A stretch of DNA of 64,000 bases. It comes from an uncultured virus (IMG/VR IMGVR_UViG_3300042884_001169). Lineage: Duplodnaviria; Heunggongvirae; Uroviricota; Caudoviricetes. Each line of letters begins with the position of its first letter. Positions within the stretch are counted from its first letter, which is position 1. The stretch lies in IMG/VR virus record IMGVR_UViG_3300042884_001169; one strand, given 5' to 3'. The position numbers were made by a program, and so were the translations under genes. This document shows positions 49,375 through 57,892 of the stretch, one piece after another. The notes beneath the pieces are model-generated. The model saw nothing but the letters and a program-made list of their open reading frames with translations. It ran no database searches and was not told the origin of the DNA.

Positions 49375-49506
49375 CCAGCGTTTAGAATCAGACCCATGTT
49401 GCATCCATTCCCCCGCCAATAGCAGTATTGTAGAAGCAAGAGCGTCAGCACTGCATGGCGTTTCTGTCCACTAGACTTCCGCCATGCAATCACAGGAGAC
49501 TTTATA

Positions 49507-51324
49507 ATGGAAAACCTTGACGAAAAAGGGATTGTCCGCATCACAGATGAAGGCATCCCTTCCAAATGTGCCAAAAATCTTGACCTTAAAGAATGCGGCT
49601 ACAAGCCCGGGTCAAAGATTTGTGGCAAGTGCGGCGCCATGGCAGTACAGATCAAAGAAAACTACATGTCAGAAGACGAAGACATGCCAGAAGAAGACGA
49701 AGACATGTCAGAAGCCGTTAAAGAAGACGCTCCTGTCAATGTTGATGTAGACGAAGACGGGGACGTCATCAAGTGCGCCAAAGGAGTTGCTCCCGCCAAA
49801 TGCGGTTACAAGGCTGGCGATGATGAATGCGGAACCTGTGGCGCGATCCCAAAGATCAAAAGCATGGACGAAGAAGAAGACGAAGCCGAATACGAGGTGG
49901 ATGGGACTCCCGTAGCCTCCGACGGCGAAAACACCGAAGAAAAATACGGTGGCATGGGCGAAGAGCCGATGGAAGCGATGAATACCGTCGACCGACGTCG
50001 CCGACTCCGCGCACGACGCAGCCGCATGGATTCAATGAAACTTAAAAGCGCAGACTGGGATAGCGATGCCTTTCTCTGTGGATTTGAGTCGAAGATGCTG
50101 CCGGGTTCGGCTAAGCCCTGCGCGGCCTGCCCGGGTGGATGTGCTCCAGAAGGAGATCTTCCTACGCTTCTTGAGGTTCAAGGTATCGCCGAGGAAATGC
50201 TTAGCGGCAAAGTCCTTGACTCCGGTTATGCCGACGCTGCAGACGTTTTTGTTGTTGATGTTCAACTCAAGTCCGGCAAGATTGCCGAAGCCGTCTTTGA
50301 CGGGTCAACTGCCGAATGTCTTGGATGGCAACTTCTCGACGAGAACTTGCTGTCAGAGAAATCTGCAATGACGGGCGTTGACATCATCTCAGTTGAAACT
50401 GCAAGTCAGGTTGCCACAAAGACAATCTTCGGTGACATTGTCCACGTCGACGCAGACATGTTCGAAGGCTATGACGCTTATGCCGTAGAAATCAACGGTG
50501 TCGACGGAAAGTCATACGACGTATTCGTCTCCCTTGACGGTGAAGTTCTGGGTTACGACGCTTACGAAATGGATGAGCAAAAGGCTGCAGACATCGGCCT
50601 TGAAGCAGAACTCAAAATCAAGCGCATGTACACCGAAACGGAACGCACTGAAATGGCAAAAGAGGGCATTGCAATGTCCGACGGGTCGATGCCAATTGCA
50701 GACGCAGAAGACCTTAAAAATGCTGTTCAAGCATTCGGTCGAGCAAAAGACAAGAAAGCCGCACGCGCACACATCATGAAGCGTGCCCGCGCTCTTGCCG
50801 AAGATGGCTTGATTCCAGAAGACTGGATGAAGAACGTCAAGAAGTCATTTGGCGAGAACTCTTCCGATTCTGAAAAGGCTCTTGTTGACAATGAATTCCT
50901 TGCAGATTTGATGGAGTTCCAGTTGCTTGCTGAGGAAGCAGACATTAAGTCTCCTTCCGAATTGGAACAGTCAGAAAAGCGCATGTACTCAGACGAATCG
51001 CGTGAAGAAATGTCCGATTCGGGAGAAGCACTGCCTGATGGTTCCTATCCGATTGCAGATGAAGCGGACCTCCGCAATGCGATTCAGGCTTATGGACGAG
51101 CAAAAGACAAAGAAGCCGCAAAGAAGCACATCATGAAACGCGCTCGCGATCTAAAACTTGAGGAACTCATCCCCGAAGAGTGGACCGCCGATGGTGGCTC
51201 CAAAGAGTACTCGGAAGATGAAATGGAAGACCCAGAAGAAAAGGCAGACGGGATTTTGGCTTCTCTCGAAGAGTTCAATTCTTTGCTTGAGGCAGAAACC
51301 AAGGCTCCTGAAGTTACCGACTGA
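49507..51324 (+). CDS. acidic head-module protein: 2 Cys-rich repeats, 2 PepSY-like domains, 2 helical repeats of about 69 aa
   Basis: KCAK...CGYK.G...CG.CGA twice; KRMY...DGS.PIAD..DL.NA.QA.GRAKDK..A..HIMKRAR.L.....IPE.W twice; CAGGAG RBS. Confidence 0.75.
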   Translation: MENLDEKGIVRITDEGIPSKCAKNLDLKECGYKPGSKICGKCGAMAVQIKENYMSEDEDMPEEDEDMSEAVKEDAPVNVDVDEDGDVIKCAKGVAPAKCGYKAGDDECGTCGAIPKIKSMDEEEDEAEYEVDGTPVASDGENTEEKYGGMGEEPMEAMNTVDRRRRLRARRSRMDSMKLKSADWDSDAFLCGFESKMLPGSAKPCAACPGGCAPEGDLPTLLEVQGIAEEMLSGKVLDSGYADAADVFVVDVQLKSGKIAEAVFDGSTAECLGWQLLDENLLSEKSAMTGVDIISVETASQVATKTIFGDIVHVDADMFEGYDAYAVEINGVDGKSYDVFVSLDGEVLGYDAYEMDEQKAADIGLEAELKIKRMYTETERTEMAKEGIAMSDGSMPIADAEDLKNAVQAFGRAKDKKAARAHIMKRARALAEDGLIPEDWMKNVKKSFGENSSDSEKALVDNEFLADLMEFQLLAEEADIKSPSELEQSEKRMYSDESREEMSDSGEALPDGSYPIADEADLRNAIQAYGRAKDKEAAKKHIMKRARDLKLEELIPEEWTADGGSKEYSEDEMEDPEEKADGILASLEEFNSLLEAETKAPEVTD

Positions 51325-51365
51325 GGTCAGCATTTTCGACCACACCGATCACAAGTCTGAGAGTT

Positions 51366-53453
51366 ATGGACACTGAGTCAGAAAAAACAGGTGATGTGTC
51401 CGAAGACGCTGAGATCAACGATTCGGAACAACACGAAGATGAAGTCATTGCTGAAATTCATTCAACAATGTTTGGTCTCCCCATCAACGGAAATCAAGAA
51501 CTCGTAAATTACAAAGGCCTTATCGCCCGAGGAGTTCTTCAACCATATTTCATCGAAGGCAAAGTTGGTCTCGTCGGAAGCCGTTCTCGTCTTGGACAAA
51601 CAGTCCAAGGTGTCGGGTCCATCGTCCTCCCCGGAAATGTAAGTGTTGTTCGATCGCCGGTACGTTCTGCGATTGCGCGAACCCTCACTCCGGGTGGTGG
51701 CAGTGACAATAATCTTGTCGGCCGTGCTGTTAGTTCCGCGGTGGGCCGGACGCGACGGGCAGCACGAAAAGTTCTTCGCTGTCCTGCCGGTTTCGAATAT
51801 GGCGGTCGATTTGCTTCACGGAATCTTGCGAATTGTGGCCGTCAACTATTCGACATTCCCGGCATTGGTGACGGGATAGGCGGCGGAAGCGGCCGAGGCC
51901 TAGTCGGCCTTGTCCGACGCGCTGGAGAGCAAATTGATATTGGCAACTATGGTTTGACTGCTACGCAAATTCAACGTGCGACTCAAATCCCTCGTGTTGG
52001 AGGCAACAACTCCGGCAAGCGGAACAGGGGCGTTGTAGCGGCTGTAACCGCCTTATCGGGTAAATCGGAATCGGATGCTTTCCTAGTTCGCCAAGATGGT
52101 TTCACACTAAAACCAGTTATTGGCACTGAGATTCTGGCAACTATCCGCAAAAATCCTGATATGGATAACGGAAGTTTTGTTTCTCGGATTTCGAACACTT
52201 CGACCATCGGTCATGACTCAACCCCAATGCTTTGGATGTCAAACGCCCGATCAGTGGTTTTTGTTACCCCCGATGGTGGCAACATCACCGTCGAACGTGC
52301 AAAAGATTTGACCATCGGCGAAAAACGCAAACTAACAAAGTTTTGGGACTCCTCCGCTGGCACCCCTGAAAAAGAATTCGATCTTGCTAGCCGCATCCGC
52401 TCATTAGTTGATTCCTCCGAAGGTGGACTCACTTACAACGAGCGTTTCCCCAGTGTTGATAACGCAAACGACCTTGTAACTGTTTCCGAAATTGGCAAAG
52501 ACAAAAGTCAGCGTTCAGTGCGGCGCTGGGTTTACGCGAACTACATGGCGGACAATGCGCCCGGACGTAACAAAAAGCGCAAGTGGAAAGAAATCGGAAA
52601 AGCCTCTACGGGATCAATCGTTCGTGACAACGAGATCACAAAACCAAATGAAGCAACAACCTTCTTGAAAGAGAACGGCGACCCATTCGAAGTTCCACCT
52701 TCCCTGCTTGGAGACGCTCTTAATAAATCTAAAGCGTTTACGGCAACGCAACTGCAGCCCGGCGTGGAACTGCTTGAACGTGGCGATGGCAAGAAGTTCT
52801 ACCGCGTCGAGTCCACGGGAACGTACTCAAATCTGAGCCATCGTGTTTCTTCTGACGTTCACTCTGTCCTCGGTCTTGAATCAGGACGAGTGGCGTTTAT
52901 CGGTACTGGCGGTGACCGCTCAGTCCTTATCGAACATCCGGAGAATCTGCCGGGAGTGAAAGTGTCTCGCGATTCAATTGCAGATTCCGATGCCGAAGAT
53001 CTATTACGAATTGCTGTTTCCGATTACTTGTTAGACAATCAGAAGAGAAGTCCTGCTTCTTTGCTTGCGATTCGTAAGGGTGATGCCAAAGGTGTCATCG
53101 CCGATGACAACGGGAAAGCCGCTCTTGCTGGATTGTCTACGGAAGAGTTGAAGTCACGGCGCGCTTTGGTTCTTGGCGACTATTTTAAAGTTTCGCGAAA
53201 TGAGCAGATGTCGAAAAAGTTTAATGAACTTCGTGAGACTCAGCGACGCCAATTGCTGAGGGTTTACGACGGCCTTCTCGATCGAGCGAGTAAGTTTAAC
53301 TTTTCTGAGTATGCGGAAAGACTGGGAGTTGACGGTGGACTTTCATCTGCCGAAAAACAGCATCTTGAGTTGATCCAAAAACTTTATTCTCAGCGGTTAG
53401 AGAACCTGCGTAGAAGCCGAAAGCAGTTTTTGCAGATTATTGGAGTGTTGTAA
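51366..53453 (+). CDS. array member 1: divergent RC..G...GG.F...CG module and C-terminal degenerate HipA/PI3K-like kinase fold
   Basis: LRCPAGFEYGGRFASRNLANCG; LLRIAVSDYLLDNQKRSPASLL...IADDNG. Confidence 0.6.
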   Translation: MDTESEKTGDVSEDAEINDSEQHEDEVIAEIHSTMFGLPINGNQELVNYKGLIARGVLQPYFIEGKVGLVGSRSRLGQTVQGVGSIVLPGNVSVVRSPVRSAIARTLTPGGGSDNNLVGRAVSSAVGRTRRAARKVLRCPAGFEYGGRFASRNLANCGRQLFDIPGIGDGIGGGSGRGLVGLVRRAGEQIDIGNYGLTATQIQRATQIPRVGGNNSGKRNRGVVAAVTALSGKSESDAFLVRQDGFTLKPVIGTEILATIRKNPDMDNGSFVSRISNTSTIGHDSTPMLWMSNARSVVFVTPDGGNITVERAKDLTIGEKRKLTKFWDSSAGTPEKEFDLASRIRSLVDSSEGGLTYNERFPSVDNANDLVTVSEIGKDKSQRSVRRWVYANYMADNAPGRNKKRKWKEIGKASTGSIVRDNEITKPNEATTFLKENGDPFEVPPSLLGDALNKSKAFTATQLQPGVELLERGDGKKFYRVESTGTYSNLSHRVSSDVHSVLGLESGRVAFIGTGGDRSVLIEHPENLPGVKVSRDSIADSDAEDLLRIAVSDYLLDNQKRSPASLLAIRKGDAKGVIADDNGKAALAGLSTEELKSRRALVLGDYFKVSRNEQMSKKFNELRETQRRQLLRVYDGLLDRASKFNFSEYAERLGVDGGLSSAEKQHLELIQKLYSQRLENLRRSRKQFLQIIGVL

Positions 53454-56400
53454 TGGAACAAATCATGATCATTACTGACGCTGCGACTGATAAGACTTTT
53501 GCTGTGGCAACTGAAGAAGACGGTTCGTTGCGACTGTTTGGTGTTGATTCTGCCGGACAGGAGTGGGCGGAGTGGGTTGATCAGGAAACGAAGGGCAGGG
53601 GTACTCTTAATTCGATTATCCCAACTCTTGGTTACGCGATGCGCATTGAGGGTCCGAAGCCGTTGACTCGTCAGTTGCGGTCACGTTTGGCTGACCTTCT
53701 GCCTAAGGTTCGAGATGATGTTCGGCTGGAGTTAGTTGAAGGTCGCGTAAAGGCTTCCGGTAAGAAGACTGCGGAGATCTCTCCGTCCGCAAAATATTTG
53801 CACCGCGATTTAGTTAAATCGATTGCTGCTAATCGGATTTCAGCAACGGGCTTTCATAATCGTCAAAACGTGATCAATTATAAAGCGAAGGCTTTTTTCA
53901 TTGATCGTTATCACGCTTCGATGGCCTATGAGATCAAAAACGCAAATGCCATTTGGGATCCGAATCTGGGTCCGAGTGGTGGTTGGCGATGTCCGCCGGG
54001 AACACGATTTGGTGGCTATATCACCGATGAGTGGGGCCGTAATTGCGGATTGGGGGTGACCCGTCGAATCGTTAATGCGATTACCAGCGTCGGGCAGGGT
54101 GCTACAAATTTTACTGATCGGCGCCGGGGGCGCCGCAAACCGGAGGGTTTAGGTCCTTCGTTGCGTGATTCGGCTCGTACTGGGGCTGAGTCTGTTGATG
54201 GCGAGTATGAACTCCCTGAACTGCCTGATGAGGTAGAAGGAGAGACTCTTACTGTTGCTGATGTTGACATGGAACTTGTCGATCTTGAAGCAGGATCCCG
54301 AGAAGCGCGCAAAAATCGTCGTCGAACCAGAAGGGGCGCTCGCCAAGAACGAGCAGACAACTTTCGAGAAGAGAGGCGTCAAAATAGTCGCTTTTATCGC
54401 TTCTTAGAAGACTTCGATGACCTTTTGGAGTACGGCGAAATTCGCTCTAACGAAGAAAGAGATCAAGAATTAGCAGAATACAGAGAACGTCGTGGACGAC
54501 CGGCGGAACAGCGACTTAGAGATTTGGCGGACAGGCTTGATCTCGGATGGGGCAGACGAGATGAAGACGAAGAGGAGCAACCTCAGCAGTCGCCTCGTCC
54601 TAGGGGGCGTGAGCGTTCCGTAGTCGACCCCGAGACAGGCGCAGTAACTATCTTGGCTAGGTCACAAGAACCGTTAACAGCCGCTTATAGTGACCTCCGT
54701 GAAGAGTACTCAAATGACCCTGTAGCCCTTCGCCGTATCCGCGAATCAGAGAAGGGAGCCGAAACGATTGCAGAAAGTCGACGCAAACGAGATCAATTAG
54801 AACTAGATCAAATTGAGGATGGGTCGTTTGCAGCGAAAGTTTCTAACGGAGAGATCCCTCCGGCCGTTGATGGAGAGATCGATGATGACGGGGTAAGCGA
54901 TCGGACTTCAGAAATCTTCGTTATAACTAAAATTCAACGATTGCGTGAAGCCGCTGATCGTTTAACGGAATCCGCTGAAGAGTTCTCGGAGAACTTGACT
55001 CGTAGTTCTTTGACGGAAAAAATTAAAAATGCTCGGGCGTTATATGATCTAGATGAAACTCAACGCCGTATCGCAAATTTGGCTGAGTGGCTGGAGCGAA
55101 GGGGAATAGATGATGTCGATTCAGTTCCTCCGGATATCACTTTGGGGGCTTTGTTTGATGGCGTTAAGCACGATATGTGGAAGCAGGAACAAGATGCTTC
55201 ATTGTTTGAGTACACCCGAGAATTGGGTGAGGGAATCACTAGAGGTCTGAATGAGCCTGAGATTTACGATGAGTTGATTGACAAACTTAATAAAAGAATT
55301 GCTGATCTTGATGACAGGGTTAACAATAAAAACGAACCTTGGAATAGCCGAGTTGCTGCACAGGCTGAAAAAAACGGTCTTGCAAAAGTCCTTTTCGAAA
55401 CGGAACGACATAAGGAGATGTCTCGTCAAGGTCGCATTCGCTTGGGTGAGATAGAGGCCGAAGAGGCTGGTGGTCTTTCTGCTGCTCAAAGGCAAGGACT
55501 TAAAACTAGGCGCGCCCGCACGAGAGAGATGTATGATCGGGAATTCGAAGCGCTGAAAACCTCGACTAGAGGTTTGGCTTATTTAAGTCGAGTTATCACC
55601 GACTATGAAGTTGATCAAGAAAACGCTTTGGCGGCATCTAAAGAACCTATTTATAGTGATTTCGGTCGTGAGGCTTCTAAAGTTGACTACGAAGAAGTCG
55701 GCAGGCAGATAGAACGGCTTAAAGCCCTTTACGCTGAATTTGAAGCCGCGGGCGTAGATGTGCACGTTAGGCCGATTGTTGCTGACCCCGCTATTGATGA
55801 TGAAATTTCCGAGGCAAAGAAACTGACTGATTTCGATGATCTTCGAAAAGAATTTGAAAAAGTTCCTGAAGAAATTGAAACAGAATTAAACATTTTCCCC
55901 GATTTGGAGAGGGCTGCCGAGTTCAGGGCGGAAATTGAATCTGAACAGGCTCAACTTGAACACTTGATGCGTGAATACGCGGAAAGCGATAATCCTAGAA
56001 ACACTTTTCGTCAAGCGGCTTTGTATGCTGCTGACAGTCGTGACGTTAATTTGGATTCCGGGCGTCTTTTGAATGATCCCGGTCTTTTGTTGATTGCTGA
56101 ATATTATGATGGTCTTGCTCGCAAGTATCAGGCTCTTTCGGATTTTGCTCAGAATCGCGATCCGGATTCGGAAGTTGATGTGTCGCCTACTCGCGATTTT
56201 CCTAATGCTCCCGTTTTGCTTGAAGATGAGCGAGGAGCGTATGAGCGTCTGATTCCAGCCATTGAAAGTCGGGTTGAAGAGGATGCTGTTAATGCGGAAA
56301 CTGCGGCTGCCCAGTCTTGGGAAAGTCGGCCTGAACCGGTCGCCGCGAATAACGCAGCGTTCGCATCCTTAGAGCGCGCAGCACGATCCATGGAAAGAGA

Positions 56401-57559
56401 AGCCGATCTTTTAGTAGAGCGTATTTCTCGTATCATGGCCGGTGAAGTCCTGAGTCAGAATGAGGAAGCCGGTCTTTGGCGAACTGTTCGTCGATTTATT
56501 CCCGAATTCAATGCCGAAGATCTTGGCATTAGCGTTTCAGCGTCCCTTGGTCTTGAAATAGCACGTCTGAAAAGGGAGGCTGCAGCAAGACTTGTCGAAT
56601 CAATGATTCCGTATTCCACGATTCCTGACATGAGTGCACGAGAACTTATTGCTGCTCGGGCCAAATTCGTTAAGCGTTATTCGGATCAGTCTAGACGGCG
56701 TCGTAAACTGCTTCGCGGGTATGTGACTGATAATTATGGAAGCACTCGTCCTTGGTTGCGTTTCGACGTATCAGATTTTCTTGACACCGGCGCGACGCCG
56801 GGTGATGACGATTGGGACGATCAGAGAAGCCAAGCCATTTACTGGGCGGAATCGATGTTTACGATTGAAGAGTTTGAAGGTCGAGATGGCGTTTGGTTTA
56901 AAACTGGTTCTTTGAATGTCGGTTATGGTGGGGACGGCATCGAAGTTGATGGCGCCATTTTTGCAAAGGATGGCGAGGATGGAGACTGGGAACAAGTAGG
57001 AAAATTTGACCGAACTATTACTACAGATCAGGTCAGCAATAACTCGATGTTCCTTGGCCCATCAGCGGGTTTTCACTCTGACCTTGCACAAAAAGTCCGC
57101 AATAAAGGTTTTCAAGGTGTCTTCAACCCGCACACTTGGTTGTGGGCTGATGCGGCTGGAATTTCAAGGGTTTACGTTTCGGCTACGACGGATGGGCCTT
57201 ACGTTTGGGGTCGTGTTGGATTCCGAACTGGGGCTTACGAGTTCGACGACATTAAGGATGCCTTGAAAGGTGCGCTGCGCGAATATGAGCGAGGCACTGA
57301 AATGGATGGGATTATCCGTACAGATTTGGATGCGAATATGATTCGCTATCTTCTGCATATTGCCGACATTCAGGGTGGAGATGCGTGGGGATTGCCTGAA
57401 TTCATTGTTGCTACTTCTGATTATTATGGTTTAGATCCACAAGAGTTGCGTGCACGGGAAGCGTTCGTCAAGAGTTGGTGGATGAGCCATGTCCCATTTT
57501 CTAGTGGCGAGATAGAGTTTAGTGATGAGTATTTTGCCGACATGTATGACATCGTTTGA
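53453..57559 (+). CDS. array member 2: conserved Cys module, long helical region, C-terminal GNAT-like domain
   Basis: WDPNLGPSGGWRCPPGTRFGGYITDEWGRNCG; VRNKGFQGVF...AGISRVYVSATTDGPYVWGRVGF. Confidence 0.7.
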   Translation: MEQIMIITDAATDKTFAVATEEDGSLRLFGVDSAGQEWAEWVDQETKGRGTLNSIIPTLGYAMRIEGPKPLTRQLRSRLADLLPKVRDDVRLELVEGRVKASGKKTAEISPSAKYLHRDLVKSIAANRISATGFHNRQNVINYKAKAFFIDRYHASMAYEIKNANAIWDPNLGPSGGWRCPPGTRFGGYITDEWGRNCGLGVTRRIVNAITSVGQGATNFTDRRRGRRKPEGLGPSLRDSARTGAESVDGEYELPELPDEVEGETLTVADVDMELVDLEAGSREARKNRRRTRRGARQERADNFREERRQNSRFYRFLEDFDDLLEYGEIRSNEERDQELAEYRERRGRPAEQRLRDLADRLDLGWGRRDEDEEEQPQQSPRPRGRERSVVDPETGAVTILARSQEPLTAAYSDLREEYSNDPVALRRIRESEKGAETIAESRRKRDQLELDQIEDGSFAAKVSNGEIPPAVDGEIDDDGVSDRTSEIFVITKIQRLREAADRLTESAEEFSENLTRSSLTEKIKNARALYDLDETQRRIANLAEWLERRGIDDVDSVPPDITLGALFDGVKHDMWKQEQDASLFEYTRELGEGITRGLNEPEIYDELIDKLNKRIADLDDRVNNKNEPWNSRVAAQAEKNGLAKVLFETERHKEMSRQGRIRLGEIEAEEAGGLSAAQRQGLKTRRARTREMYDREFEALKTSTRGLAYLSRVITDYEVDQENALAASKEPIYSDFGREASKVDYEEVGRQIERLKALYAEFEAAGVDVHVRPIVADPAIDDEISEAKKLTDFDDLRKEFEKVPEEIETELNIFPDLERAAEFRAEIESEQAQLEHLMREYAESDNPRNTFRQAALYAADSRDVNLDSGRLLNDPGLLLIAEYYDGLARKYQALSDFAQNRDPDSEVDVSPTRDFPNAPVLLEDERGAYERLIPAIESRVEEDAVNAETAAAQSWESRPEPVAANNAAFASLERAARSMEREADLLVERISRIMAGEVLSQNEEAGLWRTVRRFIPEFNAEDLGISVSASLGLEIARLKREAAARLVESMIPYSTIPDMSARELIAARAKFVKRYSDQSRRRRKLLRGYVTDNYGSTRPWLRFDVSDFLDTGATPGDDDWDDQRSQAIYWAESMFTIEEFEGRDGVWFKTGSLNVGYGGDGIEVDGAIFAKDGEDGDWEQVGKFDRTITTDQVSNNSMFLGPSAGFHSDLAQKVRNKGFQGVFNPHTWLWADAAGISRVYVSATTDGPYVWGRVGFRTGAYEFDDIKDALKGALREYERGTEMDGIIRTDLDANMIRYLLHIADIQGGDAWGLPEFIVATSDYYGLDPQELRAREAFVKSWWMSHVPFSSGEIEFSDEYFADMYDIV

Positions 57560-57570
57560 TTTGAGGTTTT

Positions 57571-57885
57571 TTGATGTTGTCTAAAAAAGAAACAGACTAC
57601 GTTCGCGGTAAGTTCTTAACCGACATTACGGACTCAGATAAAAGGTCCAAGATTCTTTTTGTTGCCGACGCGCTTGCAAGCGAAATCGACAAAGACGATA
57701 ACTACTATGACGTTTACTGGTCAATAGTCGGATATTTCCTTGACCCCAAAAATGACCAAGATCTAGAAAAAGACTTCAAAGATTTAGGCGGAAGCCTCAC
57801 AATCGCCCCATTTGATACCCCTTACGAAGAATACCCACCGGGTATGCTTGATCAACCGGATCACGTTTTCAAATTCCCGAAATGA
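57571..57885 (+). CDS. small acidic protein, candidate partner or immunity protein of the upstream effector
   Basis: 104 aa, GAGG RBS, lies between two giant ORFs. Confidence 0.6.
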   Translation: MMLSKKETDYVRGKFLTDITDSDKRSKILFVADALASEIDKDDNYYDVYWSIVGYFLDPKNDQDLEKDFKDLGGSLTIAPFDTPYEEYPPGMLDQPDHVFKFPK

Positions 57886-57892
57886 TGTGTGA

